NCBI GenBank assembly: GCA_964016885.1
Contig: OZ024740.1
Span: 398,412,001-398,476,000, forward strand
Length of the DNA: 64,000 nt
Reading direction: 5' to 3'
Source of the DNA: Eledone cirrhosa
Taxonomy: Eukaryota
The translations under genes and the position numbers were made by a program. Shown here one piece after another: positions 37,732 to 51,639 of this stretch (position 1 is the first letter of the stretch; each line of letters starts with the position of its first letter). Below the pieces are notes generated by a model. It was not told the DNA's origin, did no database searches, and was given only the letters and a program-made list of their open reading frames with translations.

Positions 37732-40700
37732 GAATGCTATGGTTGACGGAGGCTCGGCTCTGTAAGGTATTGTAAATTTTGACCGCTATAACAATTGTAA
37801 ATTGTTTAAAACTTTAACCAAATTGTAGACAAAAACACCCTCCTCCTCGTGAGAGGGGTCTTTCTGCCCTTTCTTTGGCCCTTCGAGGTTAAATAACCGC
37901 TTATTGGGGTTTTGTGCCCAATATTTATTTTAAACAAAAAAAAACATGGTTACGAAAAAGAATTTTCATAGGTCACTCCCACTCATTCCGTCTTCTTCTT
38001 CCTCAATCGTCACTACAGCAGAGAGAAGATTGTCTCTCTCCCTACCTTCTCTAAATGTGTCTCTCTCCCTCCCTTCTCTTTCGCAAGCGACGCCAGTAAA
38101 GAAAAATCACGTAGAAAGCGTGGAACATTTCTCCACGACGACGACGACAACGACGAAAAAGGTGTGCGGGAAATACGAAAACCCATTTAATTCGTCTGAC
38201 GTCATGAATAATAGCAGTAGCAGCCGTAATAACAGCAGCAGCAGCAACAGTGACAAGGAAAACAACAGTAGAAGCCGCAACATCATCAGCAGCAGCATAA
38301 ACAACAACAGCATTAGCAGCAACAGAAACAACAACAGCAGCAGCAGCAACAACAACAACCACAGCAACAGCGGCGGCGGCAGTAGTCGTAGTACCTGCAG
38401 CAACAACAAAAGTAACAGCAGCTCTGACGACAACAACAACAACAACAACAGCAGCAAAGAAAAACCAACCTCGTTTGCAGGTATCGCAAAGAACCTGGAA
38501 ACCATCCTCATAACAAATGAGGAATTAGAGGAAGCGAAGAAGATGGTGACGAAAACCGGACACCGAGCAATCTGCAAGGCAGCCGAAACATTTTTCGAAA
38601 CCCAACAGTACGGTCACGTACCGTACAGGAAGCACAAAATCCCGTAGGGTTGAAAGAGCTACAGAGGCTCAAATACAAAAAGCCTTAGGGTCTGTGTGGC
38701 AGCGGAAAACGCATATCACCCGAGGCAAGAAATATGCCACCGTATACGTGCTTTTTGCCACACCACAGGAGGCAAAGGCTCAATACTTAGTGACCCTAAG
38801 GAGCGAGGAAATGGTCTTGGTGCCCTCCTACTGCGGGCAAAAAATTGTGAGGGTCAAACTGAACCACGTGAGGTGGGAGAGGGATGGCAAAAGGTCGTAA
38901 GAAGGCACAAACGCAGAAGCAGCGCATCGTCGCCTTTGAAAAGGGAGGAAAGAAATGAAAAAAGGGTAAAGTCTACTGCAAAGAGACTCACAGCAGCAAC
39001 ACCACCAACACCATCACCACCCACACTAGCACCACCATCACCACCGGCGACAACCCCACCGCCAACAACACCTTCAACACCACCACCACAAGCACCAACA
39101 TCGCAAACACAACAAAACACACACACCCAGCAACAACGACAAGAAAATAGCAGAACCACACCCCACCCCCAGAAAAACAAATGCACGGCAATAAATACAC
39201 ACAACAAGAAACTAATGACTTACATAATTGAACACACAGACATTTCACAACACGACTACATAATACCAGCACCAATCAAAACGCCAACTAACATAAGACT
39301 GCTAAAAATAGCACAGAAACAATACACAAACATTAAAACGAAATTCCCCAACGCAGTTGGTGATTTCAGGGACCTAGGAGGAACTATCAATCGAAGAGTA
39401 TATTCAGACATTCTCTTAGAAGAGCCGACGACCAGCCGAAGGGACGATTCACCAGACGAACAAGTGAAAAGGGATGTAAAAACCATCCCTCCTCTACCAA
39501 AAGTACGGTAAGTGGTCTTTCCCATCTTTTCCACTCTATTTTAAACATGACCTCACTCAGAATAGGCAGCATAAATGCGCGTGGCTTGGGGTCGTCATGG
39601 AAGCAGGGTCACCTGCTCAACGACCTCAGGTCACTAAACATAGATGTAGTGGCCATCAGCGAGACCAGAATCTCCGAAGCACGGGCCTTCGCACCGATCT
39701 TCGGCGGCTACGATGTGTACGCATCTCCCAGCCGTCCTGGATCGGGGGGTGGAGTTGCTGTGCTTTTTCGGAGAGGTTTGGATCTCGCCATACGGGCCAT
39801 CTTCCTGGACCCAGAGGGTAAGTTGGTGGTGCTGGACGTGACCAGCGGAGACGGGCAAGCTTTCACGCTAGTTGCCGTCTATGCCCCGACAGGAGCAGGG
39901 CGGCCTGATTTTTTCCGGCGTCTGGAGACCTTTCTTGGAACGTCCCGCTCTTTAGTGTTAGTGGGCGACTGAAACGGGATCTTAGATGTACGCTGGGACT
40001 GTGTGGGATTAGCGGATAGGGTGGAGAGTGCAAGAGCCTCACCAACCTGCTCAGGCGTTTTGAACTGTCTGACAGGTACCGATTGGATTTCCCGAATGTG
40101 ACAATGTGAACTTGGACAAATCGCATGTCATCCAGATCATATCTAGATAGAGTATTTTGTAGGGAAATAGATAGGTCTAGCATAGGCTGTCCACAATTCA
40201 AGATAGTCAGATACACGGACCACAAATTCGTGATCTGTGTGCTTGACTTAGATAGGCTTCATAGACGAGGACCCGGCTACTGGAAGCTAAACGCGTCCTT
40301 ACCAGTGCGCAAGGCCTGCAGAGACCGGATTAGCGAACTAGTTAAGCGGGCGTTGACGGGGGCCATCGTCAACAACAAGTGGTGGTTTGCTCTGAAAAGA
40401 GCGATTAGAATAGAATCCATTAGGTTTAGTAAGGCTTTAGCAATAGAGAAAAATAGAGCAGAGGGAGAACTAATTAGAAAATTAGACGAGGCGCTTAGCA
40501 AAGGCATCGCGAACGACGTGCTTGCGGCGAAATTGGCCCTTGACCAATTCTTCAATGCAAAGCACGAAGGCTGCGTTGTCAGAGCTAGGGTGCCTGCTCT
40601 CAGACACGAGGGGACGAAAGCCGTTCAATGGGCCCGAGTAGCGGAAGCGCGTCGTGGCAACAAAGCCACGATCCGGTCTTTGGTGGACCACGACGGGCGC

Positions 40701-43174
40701 ATGCTACTCGATCCCGGGCAAATATGTGAAGCTTTTCATCGACACTTCGCTCAGCTATTCGGGGGCAGCGGTGGGCCGGGTCGAGGGATAGACTTTAGTG
40801 TCTACCTCGACGGACTGCCGCGGCTCTCGGCCACTGAGGCGGAGTGTCGCTGAAGTAAGGGAGGCAAAGACTGGCTGCACAAGGGGTAAATCGCCTGGTT
40901 TGGATGGTCTGCCCTATGAACTTTACGTACAGATGCCAGACTTGTTCGGAGGCCTCTTGGCGGACGTCTACTGCAACTGGCAACAGAACGGGAGAATTTC
41001 CAGCTCTGTGAGCCGAGGAGCGGTGGCACTGCTGAGAAAGGATCCGAACAAGGGGGATAACATAGATAATTTCAGGCCCATAACTCTGCTAAACACAGAG
41101 TTCAAGATTTTGGCCAAGGTGCTAGCAAAGAGGTCGGCGCTTGTCGTTGGTGGTCTGGTGGGAGAGGCGCAGACATGCGTCATTCCCGACAGATCCATCG
41201 ACTACAACCTCCACCTCATGCGATACATCGTCGAGAGGGTAGCTAGGGAACCTGGCACGGGTGGGTCCTTGATCAATTTAGATCAGTCGAAAGCTTTCGA
41301 TAGGGTCGACCATCGTTACCTAGCGGCAGTCCTGAAGGCGGCTGGTTTTGGGCCCGTCTTCAGAGGCTGGATCGCTGCCATGCACAGCGACATCTGCTCT
41401 GTGGTGAGAGTGAACGGTCACCTCTCGGAACCGTTCAACATCATGCGCTCGGTCCGCCAAGGATGTCCCCTCTCGTCCCTCTTGTACGTATTGACTCTCG
41501 AGCCATTACTGCGCAAACTGGAGACGTTGAGGGGGGTCCCGCGCGAACGAGGATGCGGAAGATTCGTGTCAGCATATGCGTACGATGTCACCGTAGTGGT
41601 GTCGAACGCCAAACACATCGAGGCGATCGGCAATACACTAAGAGAATACGAAGCGGTGACAGGAGCAATGATCAACCAGGAAAAGTCAGTGGGCCTGCAG
41701 ATCGGCACCTGGAGAGGCAGGTCCATGCCGTCCAACAGCGTCGTTGGGCGCTGGAAGGACGGACCAGTTAAATTGCTCGGGGTCTGTGTCGGTCCGGATC
41801 TCCAGACGGACAAAAACTGGGACGAGGTGACGAGCAGGGTGGCTTCTCTCACCCAGAAATGGGCGGAGAGGAAGCTATCCCTGAAAGGTGGCTAACGCGT
41901 ATATCGCGTCCGTCATCTACTACCGCCTGACCGTCGTACCTTGTCCTAAGCCCCGCCTGACTGCGCTGGAGCGTTTGCTCTTTCGCTTTTTGTAGAAGGG
42001 ACGCGCTCCGATGGTCAGGCGGTCCATCTGCTGTCAACACCCGCTACGTGGAGGGCTGGGCATGCCGTGGCTGATGATGCGCAGACACGCGCTCAGGCTA
42101 CGACATCTCCATCTCTTCCTCGACGCTGATCAGGTGTGGTCTCCGTTTGCTAGACACGTCTTTCCCCAGCTCGTCTCCTTGACGGAGCTGCAGTCCTGGG
42201 TCAAGCGAAGACCGAGAGGGAGCGCTTGGAGACTGGAATGTCTTCAGGCGCTCACAGCCCTCGACCAATCGGGCAATGTGATCGGTGGAAACTCCACCTT
42301 GGCGTTCTATAGAGGATTAGTGGAGGGGAAGAGCGACGACGTACTTGGGGAAACTCTAGGCGTCGACAAAAATCAACTGGCCAATCTCTTCGGAAGAACT
42401 TTCGGGCCGGAGCCTATGGACAACTTCCAGAAATCCCTGGCCTGGCAGTGCTACCGGGGAGCTTTGCCAGTTCGGGATAAACTCTACAGGCATGGAGGTG
42501 CCGTCAGCCGGGAATGTCCGAGATGCGCACAGGGCGACGAAACCGTCCTGCACGCACTCGTCCAGTGTCCTAGCATTGCTGACTTGTGGGTTTATGTCGA
42601 ACACCTGCTGTCACGTGTAGGACGGATCCAGCTATCAGCTGAGTCCATCGTGAGGATTGCCCCGCCCTCTTCCTTTAGCCGGGAAGGGCAGGCAGTTTTT
42701 ATCTGTCTGGTGGCCATGGCGAAAGAGATAGTATGGTGTACACGTTTGAAAGGGCTGAAGACGAGCACTTACCTCTTCGGTGATGCCCTGATTAACTTTT
42801 TCAAATTTCATTTGAAAAGGAAAATCAGGGTAGAGAGGGAAGTGCTCTCTTCCCAGCATTTTGTTGAAAGATGGGTGAGAGAAGCAAGTATGACCAGAAT
42901 GAATGGGCCTTCTCTGAGTATGTGTCTGTAAATTAAAGGTGGAAAACTGGGAGAGGGCACTTGCCCTGGTGGTCAGGGTCACTGTGGTCTTTTAATGGGC
43001 TTTCTCCACAAATGTCCCTCGGAAGTCTCCCCCCTATTGGGGAATTTTTATTTGTTATTTTATTACATCCTCTGTTTTTTTACACGCAGAAATGCCCATT
43101 TGTACCGTCCTGTATTGTCCTGTACTGTCCTTAATGCCTACTTTATGTAAACCCTTGTGGTTAATAAAGAAAAC
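37732..43174 (+). mobile_element. L1/Tx1-clade LINE copy C, 5'-complete, ORF1 internally deleted, ORF2 disrupted
   Basis: Near-identical to A; ORF2 from 39547 to 42931; AATAAA plus (ATT)n. Confidence 0.92.
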
Positions 43175-43201
43175 ATTATTATTATTATTATTATTATTAT
43201 T

Positions 43202-46200
43202 ACAGTTGCATTTATCTTGCTTTATGTTCATACGAGTTATCACCAAGTCACAACCAGTGACCTCAAGAGACAACAAGGTCCGCCATGTTCAAGAAAGAAC
43301 ATACATACTCACACATGCATCTTTAGTGTTTAGACTTGTGATGTACTTATATTGACAGAATCTTCCTTAGTATATGGGCAGTTCCCATTAGTACTATCTT
43401 TTGTATTTCTCCTATACGCGGGTTTCCTGGGATTTGCGATAAGTAATCATTAGACCCCTTAGGTATCATTCCCAGAGCGCCTACAACCACTGGTATTGTT
43501 TTAGTTCTCAATTTCCACATTTTTCCAATTTCTATCTCCAGGTCCTTATACTTGCTCAATTTTTCAAATGTTTTTATAGATACATTCTTGTCTATTGGAA
43601 CAGACATATCAATTAGCAGGCATACCCTCTTTTTGAAGTCCTTCAATATTATATCAGGTCTATTTTCATCTATTTTTCGGTCTGTTTGGATGCTAAAGTT
43701 CCACAAGATTGAGATGTGATCTTTTTCAAGTATGGGAGGTGGTTGATGCTCCCACCAATTCTTTTGATGGGGCAGGTCAAAATGCTTACACATTATCCAA
43801 TGTATGTATTGTGCAGCTCTGTCATGCCTGTTTAGGTATTCGGTTGGAGCTATAGGACTGCACATTGAAATTATATGGTCAATGGTCTCTGGTTGTTTTT
43901 TGCATACACGGCATAATGGGCTGCATCCATTTTTTATTATGTTGGCTTGGTAATTTTTTGTTGGCAGACACTGATCTTGTGCTGATATAATCAGTCCTTC
44001 AGTCTCCGATTTCAGTCCAGAGGATGCCAACCACTGATGGGTTAAAGTTTTGTCAACATCAGGATTGTTAGCTCGCTCTGGGTATTTTCCATACAGAGGC
44101 TTTTCTTGCCATTTCTTAGCCAGTTTCTGTAGCAGTTCTTTCTTTGCAGTTACTTTTACCTGCTTTGCTTTTTCTGTGTTTTCCATTTCAGCAGTAAATG
44201 GGACTTCTGAAATTTGTAGTCCATTACTGTATCTTTGTGCATCTTTTGTAATGGAATATGATCTTTTGATGCTTTCGTGTTTCAAAACGAGTTTGATCAT
44301 CCAATCATGTGATTCCCTTAGATATGTAGATAATCCAATTGTTGCAGTTTTCAACGCAATGTCTAACTGGATTAATCCACGTCCTCCTTCTTTCCTAGGG
44401 AGATATATTCTATCTATATCTGCCTTAGGGTGATGCATTCTGTGCATGGTTAAGAGTTTTCGAATTTTTGTATCGAGCCTACGGATCTCTGTGCTTGACC
44501 AGTTGATGACATTGTAACTGTAGGTTACTACTGGTATGGCAAGCGTGTTTATGGCATCGATCCTATTCCTTGCATTCAATTCCGTTCTTAAGATTGCTCT
44601 TACTCTGCGGTAACATTCCTTCCTTATCATTTCCCTCATTGTCGAGTGCTTGATTCCGTCTCCTTCACAAACACCTAGATATTTGTAAGTTTTTTCTTGA
44701 TCAAGTTCTCTTATCACGTTCCCCCGATCAAGATTAATGTCTGAACTCTTCAGCAGCTTTCCTCTGGTGAACGTTGCTTTGGCGCATTTGTCTAGTCCAA
44801 ACTCCATTTTAATGTCATCACTGAACTGCTCCACAGTGGATAATAGCCCTTGCAATTGTTCATCATTTTTTGCAAATAGTTTCAGGTCATCCATGTAGAA
44901 CAAGTGATTAATGGTTTTGTCATAGACTTTATATCCATGTTTTGTTTCATTGAGCATTTTACTTAATGGTATAAGTGCGATGCAGAATAAAAGCGGTGAT
45001 AAAGAGTCACCCTGAAAAATTCCACAATTATTATTAACTTCTCCAGCTTCCAGTGATTTTGTTTCACTATTCAAAAGGAGTGTCGTTTTCCATGTCTTCA
45101 TACTGAATGACAAAAACCTCCTGACAACGGGGAATATTTTGAAAATCTCTAAACATTTTTCAATCCAACTGTGTGGCAAACTATCGAATGCTTTTTTATA
45201 ATCTATCCAAGCAATCGATAGATTTTTGTGTCTATTATGACAATCTTCCAGTATCATTTTGTTAACCAGAAGCTGATCTTTACAGCCATATGAGCCTCGT
45301 TTACACCCTTTCTGCTCAATGGGAAATAGGTCATTTGCTATCAGGTGGTCATATGTGTATTCAGTTAGGACTGATGTTAAAATTTTATACATTGTGGTCA
45401 AGCAAGTTATCGGTCTGTAATTTTTGGGATTGTTTGTCTCATCATTCTTCGGAAGCAGGAATGTAATGCCGTTAACTAGCCATGATGGTATCTTTTCTGG
45501 CTCCTTAACTATTTCATTGTAAAGTTGGGTAACAGCTCATGAGACTCTGTGAAGGCATTTATCCAAAAGTTTTGTATTTTGTCTTTTCCTGGGGATTTCC
45601 ATTTGCTGGTTTTTCTTAGAGCCAAGCGCAACTGTTCAACTGTTATATTTTCCCATATTTGTTCCTCAAGGTGAGCTGTATCTTTCATTTGTCTGTCTAT
45701 CCATGCGGCATGTATGTTATGAACTTTTTCTTCGGCCCAGATCTTTTCCCAGAATTCTTGCACTTCCTCCTTGGGTGGTATTGATTTAGCAGTTATTGTT
45801 GACTTACCAATTTTTCTGTAGAAGTTTCTTTGGTTGTTTTTGAACATATTATTGTCCTTATAGAATCTAGATCGTTTTTCAAAGCGCCTTATACGAGCAG
45901 CTTTGGCCGACACTTTTTGTTTGATTATTTCTATCAGCATGTCTATGTCACTATGATTTTATACTGTACTTTTTTTTCAATTTTCTAAGTTTAGTTTGTT
46001 TAACATGTTCACCTACTTTATAGTTTGTTAAAATTTCTATGTCAGATCGGAGAAGGTTTATTTGGCGGTTGATGTTCTCTTGCCAAGTAGATTTCTTGTG
46101 GGAATTCCTTTGCTTTTTCATCTTCACTCCACATAAGTGAGTGGTGACTTTAGCCGATGCATAATAGAGATTATTTAAATCAGTAATGTTTAGTTTGTTT

Positions 46201-46221
46201 GTGATGATAATGTTTTTGAGA

Positions 46222-46222
<1 letters not shown>
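43202..46222 (-). mobile_element. R4/Dong-type non-LTR retrotransposon, 5'-truncated (RT, CCHC, RLE); open ORF 43347-45401
   Basis: WKSPGKD, GIFQGDSLSP, FYMDD, CRVC..ETIDHIISMC, RPDII..IDMSVP and EKLSKY motifs; (TAA)n tail. Confidence 0.9.
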
Positions 46223-46254
<32 letters not shown>

Positions 46255-49200
46255 GGTCTAAGCGGATGTATTTTGCTCGCTCACAGTAAGTCGCTTTATT
46301 TGCCTGTTAAAATTATTTGTTGTTAAATATTTCTTGTTGTGTAACGGATATAAGCCCTTAGACTTTGCTCCGTGAAGGGGAAAGTATAATATTTGGGCCT
46401 TTTGGCCCAAATATTTGAACTTTTTTTTACATGTTAAAAAATTTACGAAGAAAAGAAAACATGGCTGAGCCACGCCCCCCAGCGATATGTCTGCTGTCGT
46501 GCGACAACGACGTAGAAGTTGAGAGGAGCGCTACAGCGAAATTAACACACATTGATAACACAAACACCACCATAAACAAGGTAAACAAAGACACCAATGA
46601 TACCAATAAGAACTCTAATTTTGAAAAAAATGACAGTAACAGCGACAACGAAATTACAGATAACAAAAAGAAAATAACAAATACAACAATATCAACACCA
46701 CTAACATGAAAACAAATAGCGACAACACCAACAGCAACAATACCAACTGCACCGAGAACAACGGTGGCAACAAAGACAACAATGATAACAGCGACAGTGC
46801 TAACAACAACACCAACAAGAACAACGACAACAAAACTCCCAACGAAAACAAGAAGAACACTTTCGCTGCGGCAGCAGCAAAAAAGAAGCCATGCTTCAAC
46901 ATGGACCTCTCAAACAAAGATGAAAAGTTGGCCCAGGCATGGAAGCTCATCAAGCAAGAGCAAACTGCAAACTTCGTGCTCGTCAGGAGGGCCAACAAGG
47001 AACTGATGGCATTCATAGCACGAAGTGAAAATATACAAAAAGAGGGGGAAATTTTTAAATCGAGCACATTTCGCGTGCCGGAGGATTTGGTTCTGGTGCG
47101 AATGTCGCTCGACATATTCAAAGAAATATGAGACAGCTTTCCTCAAGACTTTTAAAGGGGTTCCCAAAAGAAACCCCACTAACTATGGAGGTCGAACAAC
47201 CCGACCTTCACAAGAGCCCGGAAGGTAAGTAAACCTTCCTCTCTCTCTGTTTAACCTGCCAACATGGCCGTATTAAGAGTAGGATGTTTAAATGTTCGAG
47301 GCCTGGGATCGTCGTGGAAGCAGGGTTACCTGCTCAACGACCTCAGGTCTATAGAAATGGATGCAATTGCAGTCAGCGAGACCAGGATTTCCGAAACGCG
47401 CGCACTAGCCCCCATTTTCGACGACTATCAGATCTTTGAATCTGTTAGCCAGCCGGGAATGGGAGGCGGGGTGGCAGTGCTGTTTAGGAAAGGCCTGTAC
47501 CTCGAGGTAAGGTCGATCTTCCGGGACCCGGACGGGAAGTTGGTGGTCCTGGACGTGAACAATAATGAAGGTGGTGCCTTTAGACTGGTGGCCGTCTATG
47601 CTCCTACTGGGGCAGGACGGCCGGACTTCTTTAGACGCCTGGAAGCCTTTCTGGGTATGTCTCGCCCCTTACTGTTAGCGGGGGATTGGAACGGCATCTT
47701 AGACGCACGCTGGGACTGTGTGGGAGTATCCGATAGGAGCGGGGGGTGCAAAAGCCTCAAGAACTTGATCAGCCAGTTCCAACTGTCTGACAGGTACCGA
47801 CTAGATTTCCCTAATGCGCCAGTGTGGACCTGGGCTAACCGCATAGGGTCATCTAGATCGTATATAGACAGGATATTCATTAGGAAAATAGACAGAAATA
47901 GTGTAAGCTGTCCACTTTTTGAAACGGTCGCCTATTCAGATCACAAGTTTGTGATCTGTATGGTCGACCTAGATAAGACGCGTAGGTTAGGACCTGGTTA
48001 CTGGAAGCTAAACATGTCATTTCCGGCACGTAAGGCTTACAGGGACCAGGTCAACAATTTAGTTAAGAAAAAGTTGACAGGGAGAGTCGTCAACAATAGA
48101 TGGTGGGGGGCTCTCAAAAGAGAGATTAGAGTAATGTCGATAGAGTTTAGCAAAGAAGTAGCATTAGAGAAAAATAGAAAGGAGGGAGAGTTGGTAGATA
48201 AGTTAGACGAGGCTATTGGTAGTGGCACTACAACTGATGTGCTAGCGGCGAGAATGGCATTAGACCATTTCTTCAATGCGAAACACGAAGGTTGCATTGT
48301 CAGAGCTAAGGCGCGTGCTCTGAGAAACTAGGGAACCAAAGCTGTTCGATGGGCCCGCGTGGCAGAGGCGCAGCGTGGTAATAAAACCACGATTCGGTCT
48401 TTGACGGACCGAGACGGGCACAAGCTGAGCCATTCCAAGAGGATGTGTGAGGCCTTTCGCCAACATTTTGCTCGGTTGTTCGGGGGGAAGTGGCGGGTCA
48501 GAGATGGTGGCGGACTTCAGTCCCTACCTCGATGGCTTGCCGCAACTCTCGACGGCTGACGCTGGGCGCTGCGAAAGGCCAATTACTTCAGCCGAGATTC
48601 AGGATGCCCTTGTAGGCTGCATGAGGTGCAAGTCACCCGGTTTGGATGGTCTGCCCTACGAGCTTTACGTAAATATGCCAGACTTGTTCTCCAATCTCCT
48701 CGAAGCGCTCTACTGCAACTGGCAGCAAAACGGAAGTATTCCCAGTTCTGTGAGCCGGGGCGTAGTGACGCTGATAAGGAAAGACGAGAACAAGAGGGAC
48801 ACATTAGACAATTTCAGGCCCATAACTCTGCTCAACACAGAGTTTAAGATTTTGGCCAGGGTGTTAGCGAAGAGGTTGGCGCTTGTCGTCGGGGATTTGG
48901 TTGGGGAGGCGCAAATTTGCACAATCCCAACCAGGTTCATACACGACAACCTCCACCTAATGCGATACATCATAGAGAGGGTAGGGTGTAAACCTGGCTT
49001 CGGTGGGGCTCTGATCAATTTAGATCAATCGAAAGCATTCGATAGGGTCGACCATCGGTACCTGGAAGCTCTCCTCAAGGCGGCTGGCTTCGGCCCCGTC
49101 TTCAGAAGCTGGATCGCTGCAATGCACAGCGGCACCTGCTCGATGGTCAAAATTAATGGCCACCTCTCGGAACCGTTTCAGGTCTCCCGATCGGTCCGTC

Positions 49201-50965
49201 AAGGGTGCCCTCTCTCCTCCCTTCTGTACGTATTGACTCTCGAGCCTTTACTGCAGAAGTTGGAGCTGTTGCAGGGCATCCCGCTCGAACCGGGACGCGG
49301 AAAGGCTGTGTCGGATAATGCGGACGACATCACCGTGATGGTGTCGGACACCTCAGAAATCGAGGTGGTCGGCAACTTATTGGAGGAATATAAAAGGTTG
49401 ACGGGAGCAAAACTTAACCCGGAAAAGTCAGTGGGCTTGCAACTCGGCACCTGGAGAGGCAAGTCCATGCCGTCCAACAGCGTCGTTAGGCGCTGGACAG
49501 ACGGACCGGTAAAGTTGCTAGGGGTTTGGTTCGGGCCAGACCTCCAGGTGGATAAGAATTGGGACGAGGTGACGGGAAGGGTGGTCAGTCTCACCCAGAA
49601 ATGGGCTGCGAGGAAGCTATCACTGAAAGGTCGGGCGGAGGTGGCGAACGCGTACATCGCGTCCGTCATCTACTACCGTCTGACTGTCGTCCCTTGCCCC
49701 TGTTCGCGCCTCGCCATCTTGGAGCGGCTCCTCTTCAAATTCTTGTGGAAGGGTCAGGTTCCGTTGGTGAGGCGGTCCATCTGCTGCCAGCACCCTCTAC
49801 GTGGAGGGCTGAGCATGCCGTGGCTAATGATGCGCAGGCACGCGCTGAGGCTGCGGCATCTCCAGATATTCTGCCTAAACGGTGAACAGGTGTGGTTGCC
49901 GTTTGTCAGACGAGCCTTTCCGCAGCACGTTTCTTTGACTGAGTTGCAGTCCTGAGTCAAGAAGAGACCGAGACTGGGTGACTGGCATCTGGAATGTTGC
50001 CAGGCACTCACTGCCCTCTACCAAGCGGGCAATGCGGTCAGTGGAACTTCCACTCTCGAGTTATATAGAGGATTAGTGGTGGGCAAGTGCGACGACGCAC
50101 TCGGAGAGGCTCTGGGAGTCAACGAAGTCGAACTAACCAGTCTGTACCGGAGGACTTTTCGAGCCGGGGACGATGGATAATTTTCCAAAAATCCCTCGCT
50201 TGGCAGTGCTACCGGGGGGGCACTACCGGTTCGAGATAAACTCTACGGGCACGGAAGTGCTGTCAGACGGACCTGCCCGAGATGCGCGCAGAGCGACGAA
50301 ACTGTTCTTCACGCACTCGTCCAGTGTCCGTGCATTACTGACTTGTGGAGTTATGTTGAACAGCTGTTGTCGCGTGTAGAACGGATCCGGCTATCGGCCG
50401 AGTCCATAGTGAAGATCGACCCGCCGCCTTCTTTTGGCCAGGAAGGGCAGGCAATTTTCCTCTGTCTGGTGGCAGTAGCGAAAGAGGTTGTATGGTGGAC
50501 GAGGTTGAAAGGACTGAAGACAGACACTTTTCTCTTCGGCCAATCCCTCATCAACTTTTTCAAGTTTCACTTGGAAAGGAAGGTGAGGGTGGAGAGAGAA
50601 GTGCTGCCCCCCAGTACATTTGCTGAAAGGTGGGTGAATGTGGCGAGAATGGCCCGTGTGAGTGGGCCTACTCTGGTCATGCGGCTGTAGGTAGGTAAAT
50701 TTGAAGAGGAGAGGGGTGCCATTCCATGGTTCTCTCGAAGCGTCGGGTAGTTCAGGACTGGTGGGGTACCTGAGCGAACCCTAGGTGGTCATCCCTCCTA
50801 TTGCGGAATGTTTTCTTGTTGTAATTTTCTTGTTACTTTATTGTTACTTTGTTATTGTTACTTTGTTTATTCATATTGTTTACTCGATTTTTCTGTAAAA
50901 CCCCACTGTCCCAGTCTTTTGTATTGTCCCCTATATGTCGGCCCTTGTGGCCAATAAATGAAAAC
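46255..50965 (+). mobile_element. L1/Tx1-clade LINE copy D (divergent subfamily), apparently 5'-complete, defective
   Basis: Short N-rich ORF1 (about 46461-47228, frameshifted); ORF2 from ATG 47264 to 50690 with APE, RT and CCHC motifs; AATAAA plus (ATT)n. Confidence 0.9.
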
Positions 50966-51123
50966 ATTATTATTATTATTATTGTTATTAATGTATATGT
51001 GTGTATGTATATATATGTGTGTATGTATGTATGTATGTATGTGTGTTTATATATATATATATATTTCTTGTTTTTTTATTTTTTTATCCTCGTGCAATGG
51101 CCATACTCGATAACGAGGGGGCA

Positions 51124-51155
<32 letters not shown>

Positions 51156-51639
51156 TAAGTGTATTGAGTTCAAATCTCAAGCATTCCTTTACAATGAAAA
51201 TAGCTCCAAGAAAAGAATATTTCTGAGCCGTGTAATAAATATAAATCAATATATATGATGAAACACAGATACCAACATATCTTTGTTTATATTGCAAAAG
51301 GAATAAAGTTAGCTAGAATGAAATATACTAATTATAATATTACAGCCTCCCTACATCGATTTAAAATAATAAATCAACACAAACAAATAGTATTGGCAAA
51401 TGGCTATGGTGTTTAGACAAATTTAAATTTCAAAATCAAACATGTTCCGTAGATAAGTTTAAACTTTAAAATCCAAATATGTTTCGAGATAAATAAGTGT
51501 AAGGATATCATGTCCCGCTCTCTTCAGTAAACACCCAGAACAAATTGATATGCTTCACTTCTAAATATTTTAAAAGACTGTTTAACGCACATGGTTTTAC
51601 AGTTTCTAGCCAGCCTCATACGCGTACTGCTAGAAATAA

